Made by a program: the position numbers and the translations under genes
In this document: one piece after another, positions 43,222 to 63,873 of the stretch
How the letters are laid out: each line of letters begins with the position of its first letter
Numbering within the stretch: the first letter of the stretch is position 1
Notes under the pieces: generated by a model
The model's input: only the letters and a program-made list of their open reading frames with translations
The model's database searches: none
What the model was told of the DNA's origin: nothing
Assembly (NCBI RefSeq): GCF_009914755.1
Contig: NC_060929.1
Reading direction: 5' to 3' (one strand)
Source of the DNA: the human T2T-CHM13v2.0 reference genome, Homo sapiens
DNA length: 64,000 nucleotides

Positions 43222-46200
43222 ATAAGATGGCCAACTAGACACAGCCAGGAGATGTCTCTTCCAACAAGAGAAGCTAAAATATCGAGTAAACCATCACATT
43301 CTGAACAGATCTTTTGAGAGAAAACACTCAAAGTCAATGGAGAAGTGATGAAGACACCGAGGGTGAATAGGGACAAAGCTAGGAAGCCTATATGGAGTCT
43401 CCAAGTGTCAAGAATGGCTCCCAGTTCTGACCAGGTCCTAAGGAAGGGGTGAGTGAAGGAACTGTGAGGCAGCACACTCGCATTGTAGGTGGGATCCCAG
43501 CTACAAGAGATCCCATGAACCCCACAGATATTTGAATTGGCAAGGGGAACTTCCCAGAGAGGAGGCAGAGGCTTGCACAGAGCCCAAAAGGTTTTGTGTG
43601 GGAGGCAGCTGCTGCAAAACACAACCATAAGTGTCCATCCCCCAAGGCTCTCCATCTTGCTCTGAGTGGCTCTGGCTCCTGTGAATGGCCAGGTTGGGAG
43701 AACAGGGCTGCCTTTCCCACAGGACCATGGTGCATCTGATTTACAAAACCCCTTTTTAGCTGGCCCCTCCCGAGGTCCCTGCCTGGCCACTCCCATAAGA
43801 GGAGGCACACAGCACAGCCTCCATTGCCCCAGCTGAGTGTTTTTCCAGTGGCCTGAGAGCAGTTTGCCCCTCCCCAGTAGAGTCAGGGGTCCCAGAGGAC
43901 AAAGCTTTCAAAGCTTTGGGCTTAGTCCCAACCCTCCAGGGTTTGAGCAAAACACCCAGGAGTATTGAGGTAAGATCTGGGACTTGTGCTCAAGTTGGGG
44001 ATGAGCCCCTACTCTCAGAACATTGAAACCAATGTCTGATGTATGGGTTTGTGTGCTGGCATGGGAGTTGGTCATCCCTCTCTCCACAAAACCAGACAAG
44101 AAAGAGTGTAGCAAGTTGGCCAGCTGCAATTTCTCCCTAAGGCAGCCCTAGAGCCCAGAACACCCAGAGTGACCTAGCAATCCGGGCACAGAAGGTTTGG
44201 CACAAAACTAGCTGTTCAGACCTGCTCCTGGAGTAGACAACAGAGGGAGAAACCAACAGGGGAGTGACAGCTGGGCAGTTCCCACAGCCATCTGTTTGGC
44301 AAAATATCCTGGGCCATAGGTGCCACAACAGCTACACACCAATGGCACCACTTCCTTGTCTAGGGATCCTCCACCCTAGGCCCACCGCATTAACAGACCA
44401 CTTGTAGACATACCCCACAACCCACTTTGACTCTGCCAAACTCAGAGGACCAAAAGGTCCCCAGTGAATGGCATGTCCCCTGGTGGACTAACCTTTGACT
44501 CAAGTAGCCCCTGTGAGAGAGTGCAGCCTGCCAGGGACCTGTTTGAGCCTAAAGAAATGGGGACCTAGCACCAGTATTTGGAAGGGGTTCCCCCAAGGCC
44601 CAGGAATGGAGTTGGTGAGGGTCTCATCTACTGGATCTCACCCTGAATTGTACCACCAAATAAAAATAAATTTCTCTACCTGGATCACCTGTGAAACCCA
44701 AGGCAGGAAGCCAGCTACAACTAAGGAACCCATACAGAGCCTTGGACTCTAAAAGCACAAAGAAACACAACCAATCCATAATACATAACATTCATCTCAA
44801 TCAAACACACAACAGGAAAAAAAATAAAAATAAAACCAAAAAGCTTCATCGCAATAACAGAAACTTCAAAAAAATAATGAAACGTTACTCATCTCAGATG
44901 AGAAGACATTGGCACAAAAACTCCATTAATTTAATCTTTGGAGTACTCTCTTACCTACGAAGACTACACTAGCTCCCCGGCAATGGATTCTAAGCAGATT
45001 GAGATGACAGAAGTGACAGACATAGGATTCAGAGTTTGGATGGCAAGGAAGCTCAACAAGATCCAAGAGAAAGTTGAAACCCAATCCAAAGAAGCCAGTA
45101 CAATGATCCTAGAGTGCAACAATGACGTAGCCATTTTTAGAAAGAAACATACTTGAACTTCTGGCATTGAAAAAGGTACTACAGGGAATTTCAAAACAAG
45201 TTTGAAGCCACAACAATAGACTAGACCAAGCTTAGAAAAGAATTTTTGAGCTCAGAGACTGGTCCTTCAAATCAACCCAGTTAACCAAAAAACAAAAAAC
45301 AAAAAAAAAAAAAAGGAAAAAGAATTTTTAAAATGAACAATAACTTTGAGAAACATGTGATTATGTAAAGAGAACAAACCCACAATTCCTGAGAGATGGA
45401 GAGACAGTAAGCAACTTGGAAAACATATTTGAGGATATAGTCAACAGAAATTTTCCCAATCTTGCTAGAGAGGTAGACAAGCAAACGTAAAATAAAATCT
45501 AGAAAATCTCTGTAAGACACTATACAAGATGACTACCCACAAGACACATAGTCATCAGGGTTTCCAAGGTCAAAGTGAAAGAAAAAATCTTAAAGGAAGC
45601 TAGAGAAAAGTGTCAAATCACTTACAAAGGGAACCCCATCAGGCTAACAGTGGACTTCTCAGCAGAAACCTTACAAGCCTGAAGAGATCAGGGCCCTATT
45701 TTCAGCATCCTTAAAGAAAATTAATTCCAAACAAGAATTTCATATCCCAGCAAATTAAGCTTCATAAGTAAAGAAGAAAAAAATCTTTTCTCGACAAGCA
45801 ACTGCTATGGGAATTTCCTACCACTAGACCAGCCTTACAAGAAATCCTGAAGAGAGTTCTAAATATCAAGACAAAATAATGATACCTGCTTCCACAAAGA
45901 CACACTTAAGTACTTAGTGACAGACCCTTAAAAGTAACTATACAATTGAGACTACGATATAAACAGCTAACAACATCACAACCGGATCAAAACTTCACCT
46001 TGAATGTAATATCAAAATTAAACTTGAATGTAGGTGCTCTAAACACTCTCACTTAAAAGACACAGAGTGGCAATTTGGATGAATAACCAAGACCATCCAT
46101 CTTTTGGCTTCAAAAGGTCCAGCTCACATGTAATGACACCCATAGGATCAAAGTAAAGGGATAGAGAAAAATCTGTCATGTAAATGGAAACAAGAGGAGG

Positions 46201-47990
46201 CGTTGTTATTCTTAAATCAGACAAAGCAGATTAAACCAACAACAATAAGAAAGGACAAAAAGGGGCATTACATAATCATAAAAGGTTCAACTCTATCTGG
46301 GGAAATTCAGCCAGATATCAGGCAAAACTCACCCCCGATATTTCACGTAGGTTCTTTTCTATTTTCCCTAAGTGTCAGCCAGTTTGAGAAATAAAGGGAC
46401 AGAGTAAAAAAGAGAGAAATTTTAAAGCTGGGCATCCGGGGCAGACATCACATGTCAGTAGGTTCCGTGATGCCCCACAAGCCGCAAAACCAGCAAGTTT
46501 TTATTAGTGATTTTCAAAGGGGAGGGAGTGTACGAATAGGGTGTGGGTCACAGAGAGCATGTGCTTCACAAGGTAATAGAATATCACAAGGCAAATGGAG
46601 GCAGGGCGAGATCACAGGACCACAGGACTGGGGCGAAATTAAAATTGGTAATGAAGTTTCGGGCACGCATTGTCATTGATAACATTTTATCAGGAGACAG
46701 GATTTGAGAGGAGGCAACTGGTCTGACCAAAAATTTATTAGGCGGGAATTTTCTTGTCCTAATAAGCCTGGGAGTGCTATGGGAGACTGGGGCTTATTTC
46801 ATCCCTACAGCTCGACCATAAAAGACAGCCACACCCAAGGGGGCCATTTTAGAGGCCCACCCTCAGGGACGCATTCTCTTTCTCAGGGATGTTCCTTGCT
46901 GAGAAAAAGAATTCAGTGATATTTCTCCCATTTGCTTTTCAAAGAAGAGAAATATGGCTCTGTTCCGCCTGGCTCACCGGCGGTCAGAGTTTAAGGTTAT
47001 CTGTCTTGTTCCCTGAACATTGCTGTTAACCTGTTCTTTTTTCAAGGTGCCCAGATTTCATATTGTTCAAACACACATGCTCTACACAACAATTTGTGCA
47101 GTTAACACAATCATCACAGGGTCCTGAGGTGACATACATCCTCCTCAGCTTACAAAAATGATGGGATTAAGAGATTAAAGTAAAGACAGGCATAGGGAAT
47201 CACAAGGGTATTGATTGGGGAAGTGATAAGTGTCCATGAAATCTTCACAATTTATGTTCAGAGATTGCAGTAAAGACAGGAATAAGAAATTATAAAAGTA
47301 TTAATTTGGGAAACTAACAAATGTCCATGAAATCTTCATAATCCACATTCTTCTGCCATGACTTCAGCTGGTCCCTCCGTTCGGGGTCCCTAACTTCCCA
47401 CAACACAATTCAACAAGAAGACATAACTCACCTAAATATACATGCACTCAATATTGGAGCATAGAGATTTATAAAACAAGTACTTCTAGACCTAAGAGAA
47501 GACTTAGCCACAATAAAATAGTGGAGGACTTATCACCCCACTGACAGCTTTAGACAGATCATTAAGGCAGAAAACTAACAAAGAAATTCTGAACATAAAT
47601 TTGACACTGAGCCAATTAGAGGTAATAGACACCTACAAAATATTTCACCCAACAACCACAGAATACACATTCTTCTGGTCTACACACAGAACACACTCTA
47701 AGATCAACCACATGCTTGGTCATAAAGCAAGTCTCAATCAATTCAAAAGTATCAGCAGTGTGTTAAACATACTCTCAGATCACAGAGGAATGAAAATAGA
47801 AATCAAAACTAGATGATCTCCCAAAACCACACAATTACATGAAAGTTAAACAACTTGCTCCTAAATGACTTTTGAGTAAATAACAAAATTAATTAATAAC
47901 CTTAACATCACAACTAGGGGAAATAGAAATACAAAAAAAAATAAAAAATAAAAGAATCCCAAAACTAACAGAAGTAAAGAAATAGCTAAC
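43222..47990 (+). mobile_element. L1 (L1P4/L1PB4-PA17-like): 5'UTR, ORF1 and start of ORF2, degenerate
   Basis: aagatggccaactagac YY1-type start, GC-richer 5'UTR, ORF1 remnant MARKLNKIQEKVETQSKE, and endonuclease remnant TTTEYTFFWSTHRTHSKINHMLGHK. Confidence 0.9.
46294..47405 (-). mobile_element. MER11 (B/C-like) solo LTR of HERV-K11/HML-8
   Basis: The minus strand starts TGTTGTGGGAAGTTAGGGACCCCGAACGGAGGGACC. Length 1112 bp. 6-bp TSD caactc/caattc (46288-46293, 47406-47411) splits L1 ORF2. Confidence 0.93.
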
Positions 47991-48077
47991 ATCAAAAGTT
48001 TCTGCAATGTGTTGAATTCACGTTTGATGTAGATGCTAAGGCACAGTGGAATAATATACGTGGTCCAATAATTGGAT

Positions 48078-55073
<6,996 letters not shown>

Positions 55074-55079
55074 CTACAT

Positions 55080-56163
55080 GTCTTTCTTGACATAAGCCTT
55101 GGCAAATAATTTATGGCTAAGTACTGAAAAGCAATCACAAAACAAAACAAAAAGTGACAAGTAACATCTAGTCATACTAAAGAGCTTCTGCACAACAAAA
55201 GAAACTATCAACAGAGTAAAGAGACAAACTATAGAATGGGAGAAAATTTTTGCAAACTGCATCCTACAAAGGTATAATATCTAGAATCTGTAAGGAACAT
55301 AAGAGAAAAAGCAAAAAACAACCCTATTAAAAATGGGACATAAACAGACACTTCTCAAAAGAAGACATACAAGTAGCCAACAAGCATGTTAAAAATATTT
55401 ATCACCACTAATTATCAGAGAAATGCAAATCAAAACCACAATAAGACACCATCTCACACCAGTCAGAATGGCTATCATTAAAAAGTTAAAAAATAATAGA
55501 TGCTAGCAGGACTGTGGAGAAAAGGGAACACATACACTCTTGGTGGGAATGTTAATTAGTTCATCCACTGTGGAAAGCAGGTTAGAGATTTCTCAAAGAA
55601 CTAGAAATAGAACTACTGTTCAAACCATCCAACCCACTAATGGATATATACCCCCTCCCCCAAAATAAATTGTTCTAACAAAAAGACAAATACACCCATA
55701 TGTTCATTGCAGCACTATTCACAGTAGCAAAGACATGGATTCAATAACTTAGGTGTCCCTCAATGGTGGATTAAATAAAGAAAATGTGACACATATGCAT
55801 AATGAAATACTACACAGCCATAAAAAAGAACAAAATCATGTCCTTTGCAGCAATGTGGATACAACTGGAAGCCATTATCCCAAGTGAGCTAACACAGAAA
55901 CAGAAATTCAAATATGTATTCTCACTTGTAAGTGGGAGCTGAACACAAGGTATTCATGGATATAAAGATATGAACATTAGACAGGGGACTACAAGCGGGG
56001 GTGAAGTAGAAAGGGGAGGAAGGGTTGAAAAACTACCTATTGATTACTGTGCTTACTACCTGGGTAATGGGTTTGATCACACCCCAAACCTCAGCATCGC
56101 ACAATATATACATGTAACAAAAATGCACATGTGCCCTTTGAATCTAAAATAAAGGTAGAAATT
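55080..56163 (+). mobile_element. L1PB4/L1PA17-like 3' portion, probably the tail of the 43222 element
   Basis: ORF2 C-terminal text and 3'UTR ccccaaacctcagcatc...gaatctaaaataaag. Confidence 0.88.
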
Positions 56164-56461
56164 TTTTCAAGTCTACTTAATATTATTTTATAACGTAAAA
56201 TATAACTATAGATACAAAAATTTCAATCGAGTTCAAAGATAATTTGGAATAATCTTACCTAATTCATCTATTAAAAAAACATTCTTTTAATACCAGAACT
56301 GCATTTTATGAGCATTATTTTAGGTCTGTTGACAAAATGTTTGCTGGCATTTCTGTGACAGGGAGGAATAGAAAAGATACTTCTCAGCTTTTTGGAGTTA
56401 TCCCTTCTCACGTTTACAGTGATCACAATAATTCTACTTTTTATACAAGACTGCTATGAAA

Positions 56462-59403
56462 TTTCTTTTGGCGTTTTTGTCATGAAGTCTTAGCACACGC
56501 CTATGTCCTATATGGTATTGCTTAGGTTTTCTTCTAAGATTTTTATGGTTTAAGGTTTTATATTTAACTCTTTAGTCCATCTTGAGTTAATGTTCGTATA
56601 AGGTGTAAGGAAGGGGTCCGGTTTCAGTTTCCTGCATATGTCTGGCCAGTTTTCCCAGCATCATTTACTGTATAGGAGATATTTTCCCTATTGCTTGTTT
56701 TTGTCAGATTTGTCGAAGATCAGATGGTTGCAGATGTGTGGTGTTATTTCTGAGGTCTCTGTTCTGCTCCGTTGCTCTATATGTTTTGGTACCAGCACCC
56801 TGCTGTTTTGGTTACTATAGGTTTGTAGTATACTTTGAAGTCAGGTAATGTGATGCCTCTAGCTTTGTTCTTTTTGCTTAGGATTCTCTTGGCTATATGG
56901 GGTCTTCTTTGATTTCATATGCAATTTAAAATAGTTTTTTTCTAATTTTGTGAAGAATGTCAATGGTAGTTTGATGGGAATAGCATTGAATCTACAAATT
57001 ACTTTGGGCAATATGGCGATTTTCATGATATTGATTCTTCCTATCCATGAGGATGGAATGTTTTTTCATTTGTTTGTGTCCTCTCTTATTTTCTTGAGCA
57101 GTGGTTTTTAGTTCTCCTTAAAGAGGTCCTTCACATCCCTTGTTAGCTGTATTCCTAGGTATTTTATTCCCTTTGGAGCAATCATGAATGGGAGTTCATT
57201 CATGGCTCTCTCCTTGCCTATTGTTGGTGTAAAGGAATGCTTGTGATGTTTGCATATCGATTTTGTATCCTGAGAGTTTGCTGAAGTTGCTTACCAGCTT
57301 AAGGAAATTTTGGGCTTAGATGATGGGGTTTTCTAAATGTAAAATCATGTCATCTGCAAACAGAGACAACTTCAGTTCCACTCTTCCTATCTGAATACCT
57401 TTTATTTCTTTCTCTTGCCTGATTGCCCTGGCCAGAACTTCCAATACTATTTTGAATAGGAGTGGTGAGAGAGGGCATCGTTGTCTTGTATTAGTTTTCA
57501 AAGGAAATACTTCCAGCTTTTGCTCATTCAATATGATATTGGATGTGGGTTTGTCATGAATAGCTCTTATTATTTTGATATATGTTCCATCAATACCTAG
57601 TTTATTGAGAGTTTTTAACATGAACGGATGTTAAATTTTATCAAAGGCCTTTTCTCCATCTATTGAGATAATCATGTGGTGTTTCTCTTTGGTTCTGTTT
57701 ATGTGATGGATTACATTTATTGATTTGCATATGTTGAACCAGCCTTGAATCCCAGGGATGAAGCTAACTTGATTTGGGTGAGTAAGTTTTTTGATGTGCT
57801 GCTGGATTCAGTTTCTCAGTATTTTACTGAGGATTTTCTCATTGATGTTCATCAGGGATATCGGCCTGAAGATTTTTTTGTTGTTGTGTCTCTTCCTGGT
57901 TTTGGTATCAGGATGATGCCGGCTTCATAAAATGAGTTAGGGAGGAGTCCCTTCTTTTCAATTGTTTGGAATAGTTTCAGAAGGAATGGTACCAGCCCCT
58001 TTTTATATTTCTGGTAGAATTCAGCTGTGAATCTATCTGGTCCTGGGATTTTTTTTTTTTTTTTATTGGTAGGCTATTAGTTACTGACTCAATTTCAGAA
58101 CTTGTTTTTGGTCTATTCAGGGACTTAACTTATTCCTGGCTTAGTCGTAGTAGGGTGTATACATCCAGGAATTTATCCATTTCTTTTAGATTTTCTAGTT
58201 TACTTGCATGGAGGTGTTTATAGTATTCTCTGATGGTAGTTTGTATTTCTGTGGGGACAGTGGTGATATCTCCTTTATCATTTTTTATTATATCTATTTG
58301 ATTCTTCTCTCTCTTCTTTATTAGTCTAGCTAACAGTCCATTTATTTTGTTAATTTTTTCAAAAAAAACAGCTCCTGGATTCATTGATTTTTTGGAGGGT
58401 TTTCATGCCCCTATCTCCTTCAGTTCTTCTCTGATCTTAGTTATTTCTTGTCTTCTGCTAGCTTCTGGATTAGTTTGTTCTTGCCTCTTTAGTTCTTTAA
58501 ATTGTGATGTTAAGGTGTCGATTTGAGACCTTTCTAGCTTTCTGATATGTGAATTTAGTGCTATAAATTTCCCTCTTAACACTGCTTTAGCTGTGTCCCA
58601 GAGATTCTGGTGTGTTGTCTCATGGTTCTCATTGGTTTCAAATAACTTCTTGATTTCTGCCTTAATTTCATTATTTACCCAGGAGTCATTCAGGAGCAGG
58701 TTGCATGAAATTGAAATTGCATGATTTTGAGTGAGTTTTTAAATTCTGAGTTCTAATTTGATTGCAGTAGATGCTGGCAAGGCCCCAGAGAAATAGGAAC
58801 ACATTTACACTGTCGATGGGAATGTAAATTGGTTCAACCATTGTGGAAAACAGTGTGGGAATTCCTCAAGGATCTAGAATTAGAAATACCAGTTGACCCA
58901 GCAATCTCATTACTGGATATATACCCAAAGGACTATAAATCATTCTAGTATAAAGACACATGCACATGTATGTTAATTGCAGCACTATTTACAATAGCAA
59001 AGACATGGAACCAACCCAAATGCCTATCAATAATAGACTAAATTAAGAAAATGTGGTACATATACACCATGGAGTAGTATGCAGCCATAAAAAGGAATGA
59101 GATCATGTCCTTTGCAGGGACATGGATGAAGCTGAAAGCCATCATCCTCAGCAAACTAACACAGGAACAGAAAACCAAATACCACGTTCTCACTCATAAG
59201 TGGGAGTTGAACATTGAGAACACATGGACACAGAGAGGGAAAAAACACACACCAGGGCCTGTTGGGGGGTGGGGAGGGAACTTAGAAGACAGGTCAATAG
59301 GTGCAGCAAACCACCATGGCACAACCCTGCACGTTTTGCACATGTATCCCTTTTTTTTGTTTGTTTGTTTCTCTGTTTTTTTTTAGAAGAAATAAAGAAA
59401 AAA
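56462..59403 (+). mobile_element. L1PA8/8A-like with 5' inversion (56462-58768 antisense ORF2; 58769-59403 sense 3' end)
   Basis: Minus-strand RT remnant ...CPLSPLLF...[13 protein letters not shown] aagactgctatgaaa / aagagtactatgaaa at 56447-56461 and 59404-59418. Confidence 0.92.
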
Positions 59404-60155
59404 AAGAGTACTATGAAAATAATTGGTTCACTATGAATGTATTTATAAATGTGAGGTTAAATTAATTTTCTAAGCAAGTTAAAATAATGGCACAGAAGGG
59501 AATTATTTTAAGCATATAGTAATTGCTGAGCTTTGCAGTTTTTAGTTTTTAATTTTTAGTTAAGCATTTATGTTACAGGGGGTGTGTGGGAGAAAAAAAA
59601 TCTGTACAATTAAGTTAGAATTGCCCATAAAGGCAAATTAGAATAAAGTAGAAAGACTATGAGCGAGGTGTCCCTGGGTCAGATGAGGAATAAGAGGACA
59701 CACTTTCATGTTTGACCTTTTATACCTGTGCATTTGTCCATCCATACTACAGACAACAGAATAGACAACAGTTTCACAGAACCGCCACAAACCTGAACAG
59801 CATCACAAACCTCCATCGCCTCCTGATATGTGAGGAGCTCTCAACCATATGTTCATTGGCACCATATGTTCATTCAATTCCAGAAAGATTGTTTAGAACT
59901 GATCTTCCTATTGAGGCTTCATCTTTTACCAAAACTAGGCGAGCCTGAAAAACAAGTTGTCTGAATTTCCCTCCCTTTTCCAGAAAATTTTGTTTCTGTT
60001 TCTTAGTTAGATTAAAATTTTAAGAAATATGCATCATAAAATATTTTTAATAATAAAATAGTTTTCCTCTTGGTTTATTCCAAAAAGGGCAATTTTAATG
60101 ATTCTTTTCTTGTGCTAATTTCAAGGATGGAAAGGATACAGAAAAAGGATTTTGA

Positions 60156-61315
60156 TTGAACTAATTTACACTCCCACCAACAGTGGAAAAGTGTTCCTAT
60201 TTCTCCACATCCTCTCCAGCATCTGTTGTTTCCTGACTTTTTAATGACCGCCATTCTACCTGGCATTAGATGGTATTTCACTGTGTTTTTTATTTGCATT
60301 TCTCTAATGTCCAGTGATGATGTACTTTTCTTCATATGTTTGTTGGCTGCATAAATTTCTTCTTTTGAGAAGTGTCTGTTCATATCCTTTGCCTACTTTT
60401 TGAAGGGGGTGTTTGTTTTTTTCTGGCAAATTTGTTTAAGTTCTTTGTAGATTCTGGATATTAACCCTTTGCCAGATGGATAGATGGCAAACATTTTCTC
60501 CCATTCTGTAGGTTGCCTGTTCACTCTGATGATAGCTTCTTTTGCTGTGCAGAGGCTCTTTACTTTAATTAGATTTCATTTGTCAATTTTGGCTTTTATT
60601 GCCATTGCTTTTTGTGTTTTAGTCATGAAGTCTTTGCCCACGCCTACATCCTGAATATTATTGCATAGCTTTTCTTCCAGGGTTTTTATGGTTATAGGTC
60701 TTAGATTTAAGTCTTTAATCCATCTTGAGTTAATTTTTGTATAAGGTGTAAGGTGATTCCTAAAGGATCAGAAATACCATTTGACCCAGCAATCCCATTA
60801 CTGGGTATATACCCAAAGGATTATAAATCATTCTACTATAAAGACACTTGCACACCTATGTTTATTGTAGCACTGTTCACAATAGCAAAGACTTGGAACC
60901 ATCCCAAATGCCCATCAATGATAAACTGGATAAATAAAATGTGACACATTTATACCAGGGAATACTATGCAGCCATAAAAAAGGATGAGTTCATGTCCTT
61001 TGCAAGGACATGGATGAAGCTGGAAACCATCATTCGCAGCAAACTAACACAGAAACAGAAAACCAAACACCACATGTTCTCACTCATAAGTGGGGGTTGA
61101 ACAATGAGAACACATGGACACAGAGTGGGAAAAAACACACACCAGGGCCTGTCTGGGGTTGGGGGCTAGGGGAGGAATAGCATTAGGAGAAATATCTAAT
61201 GTAGATGACGGGTTGATGGGTGCAGCAAACCACCATGGCACGTGTATACCTATGCAACAAACCTGCATATTCTGCACATGTATCCCAGAACTTAAAGGTA
61301 TAATTTTTTTAAAAA
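60156..61315 (+). mobile_element. L1PA7-like with 5' inversion (60156-60753 antisense; 60754-61315 sense)
   Basis: Perfect TSD aaaaaggattttga at 60142-60155 and 61316-61329. Confidence 0.93.
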
Positions 61316-62655
61316 AAAAAGGATTTTGAAGTTCATAACCCAGGTAAATTTCTACTAATCTAATATATTATGCTTTGATGTTATTACATTTTTAAAAATT
61401 TATTTTATGAAATACTTGGTAGGGAAAAAAGCATACAATGAAGATAGTTCTTCTGTCTCATTTTAATATGCATATGAGAATATGATACAATTGTTTTAGA
61501 TCTTTTTTTATGTTCTATATTCTGACTCCACAGCTCCTGCCTTGTATAGAAAATGCAGCTGTAACCCAGTCCCTGTTGGACAAGGGGTGGAACAGATGGC
61601 TTGTGATCCTGTACTGCCTACACATTAGGGAAGCGCCACGGCTTAGATGGAATACTATTTTTTTTAGTACTAACAGTGCTAAAGTGAGAATAAATCATCA
61701 ATCAGGGGGATAGAAGCCACTGAGCCTGCAGTCACGGATATTCTACTGCTGTGCTTGCTGTTTCTCCCATAGGTTTTGAACAAACTGAAGTGTGGCTACT
61801 TCCAAAAACCAGTAATTAATCAGAAGAAGGCCTCTCCAATTCCCACTTCGTTCTCAATCCTAGAGCCTAGATGACACATGCTTAAACTCTCCCATGTTAC
61901 TGACCACAAAATTTCCTGAACAGTTTGATCAGCCATTAAGTTTTCGTGTCTGCATTTTTGAGAGAAAGGGAACTTGACCTGAAATAACTGATCATTTTGT
62001 TAACTTCATTCTATTGTGATTTTTTTTCAAAGCCTGTATATCCAGTGCATACTTAATCTATATTAAAAGATTTCAATGTTTTTATGAAAATTAACTTTGG
62101 GTTTTGAAAAATATTCATATGATTTTAAAGGCTAAAAGTACATCTCTAAAAATTAATAGAGAATATTAGATATTTTCTAATATTTAATTATGATATTAGA
62201 AAATATGTGTGATGTTTTCATGATAGAGTGCCTTCTTTTTAGCCACATGTGCAGGAGCAATATGTGAAAATAGCAGTAAATGTCAGTGTGCGAATAAGTG
62301 ACATGTGAATTCCAATATACCTTCAAGGTAATAAAGAAAAAATTACTTAATTGTGTGTTCCATTAAGTGTTTCCAACTTACAAGAGAGAACAGAAAAAGT
62401 AATATGCTTGTTATGAATATGCAGTCTTGTACATATGGGCCAATGTTTAGAGAGGTATAATATGATGAATAATGTTTTCTTTTTACAATAATTATTTTGA
62501 GCTCTCTAGTATAAGTAGTAGTTTCTATAGCGTAATTCACTCTACAACATAATTTGCTTCATTTGTCTATCTCTTCAAATATTTCTCCAACATGAGCTCA
62601 TCTTACCCCACAATTTCTCAGGATAGAAAAAACAGCAAAATAAACAAAATCTTAC

Positions 62656-62883
62656 CTTTCCAACATACTGAGGATCTGGTCCCATATGTTCTTCTAAAAC
62701 AAAGAACTGATTCCATACCCATCCCCTTTTGGGACGATGATGGACTTCGGTTTCACCTTCAATGTGTTTGGTTTGGTTTCTCATCACCTTGATGGAGCTG
62801 TGGTGAGCAGTTCCATAACACCTCTGCACAAAACAGAGACACACTAGGACTGGACAGATGCAAGATGTGCTAGTAATTTTCAT
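62656..62883 (-). CDS. CDH18: Cadherin-18 (type II classical cadherin), first coding exon, codons 1-76
   Basis: Translation is [76 protein letters not shown]. It shows a signal peptide, an RPKR convertase site and the type II GWVWNQ (Trp2/Trp4) motif. The start context is acaATGa. The exon ends in phase 0 at a canonical donor AAG|GTAAGA (62656/62655) and is 228 nt long. Confidence 0.96.
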
Positions 62884-63139
62884 TGTAAGATAACTTTCCA
62901 GTTCACAGTTTTCCTTCCTTTCCTTGTCAGCTACGAAAGCTTAGTGAGCATTCAAGAGAGAAGCCAGAGCATCTTTAGGAAGGACAGTCCAAAGTAAATT
63001 GTTTAGCGTGTCCATGATTTAACTGTCCATCAGGGAAAGGTCAGATCATATTTACATTCTGAACCACTTGGAAAATCAAAGCCGTAGTTGTCTGATTCCA
63101 ACTCTTCACAGTAGTTGAACACAAGCAACCATTTTCAAC
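62884..63139 (-). other. CDH18: 5'UTR portion of the CDH18 first coding exon (256 nt)
   Basis: Polypyrimidine acceptor attttctctttccattag|gttgaaa at 63140/63139 on the minus strand, upstream of the ATG. Confidence 0.8.
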
Positions 63140-63873
63140 CTAATGGAAAGAGAAAATTATATGTGTTACAAAACACGGTTTTTTTAACTATTTGCTCTGA
63201 ATACAAATGATACTATTTTGCAATGTGATACTGATAGGCAAAGAACATATGCAAAATCTCTAGGACACATCCACAAACCTATACACCTATTTGTCTACAT
63301 GCATTTTTACATGAACCTTCCTGTCTGTACCATTAATTCTCAATGACAAATATATGTATAATTCTTGTTTTTGTTAGACATAATACAAATTTGTTATATA
63401 TACTACACATGAATTACCTACTGTATAAGACTCATCAAATTTTGACAAAATATCCCAAGGGCTGAAAAATTGTCACAGACCACAACAGCAATCAAATAGG
63501 TACTTAAAGTGCTCAGTAAGTAAAGTGGAAGAAAATAAAAGATCAAAGAAAAAGGTGGCTGAAAACAAAAAGAATGCAACTTAAAATTACTCCAGGTTTG
63601 GGGAACAGATTGGTAAAGTTGGGTGTGAGTGACAATGTCAATTGGCTGAATTATAGATTGTGTAAATTTTGATAGGTCCTGCATATCTACCCCGGGTATG
63701 AACTTCACACACAGACAAGGCAGATTTTCAAGTTTGGGAATTACATTACTAGGCTTGATTTCTAGTACACATAATTCTAGCAATTATCTAAAGACAGGAT
63801 TAAAGAAAGAAAAAAATAGCGGTAAATAAACAGAGGAAAAATGTTTTGATTTTTAAAATTAAAAGAAGTTGAA

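Noticed and set aside
43209-44328. Cluster of long minus-strand ORFs (up to 199 aa)
   Set aside because: They are antisense to a GC-richer L1 5'UTR and show no recognisable domain or supported splice structure.
57316-58384. Reverse-transcriptase-like ORFs (FADD motif)
   Set aside because: These are broken L1 ORF2 fragments in an inverted L1 segment, not a retron, DGR or novel RT system.
62575-62655. ORF extension [10 protein letters not shown]...WRNI after ...QYVGK
   Set aside because: It is read-through past the canonical AAG|GTAAGA donor, and cadherin similarity ends at the donor.
63418-63783. 121-aa minus-strand ORF upstream of the CDH18 exon
   Set aside because: It has no ATG start and no recognisable homology, and it lies in the preceding intron.
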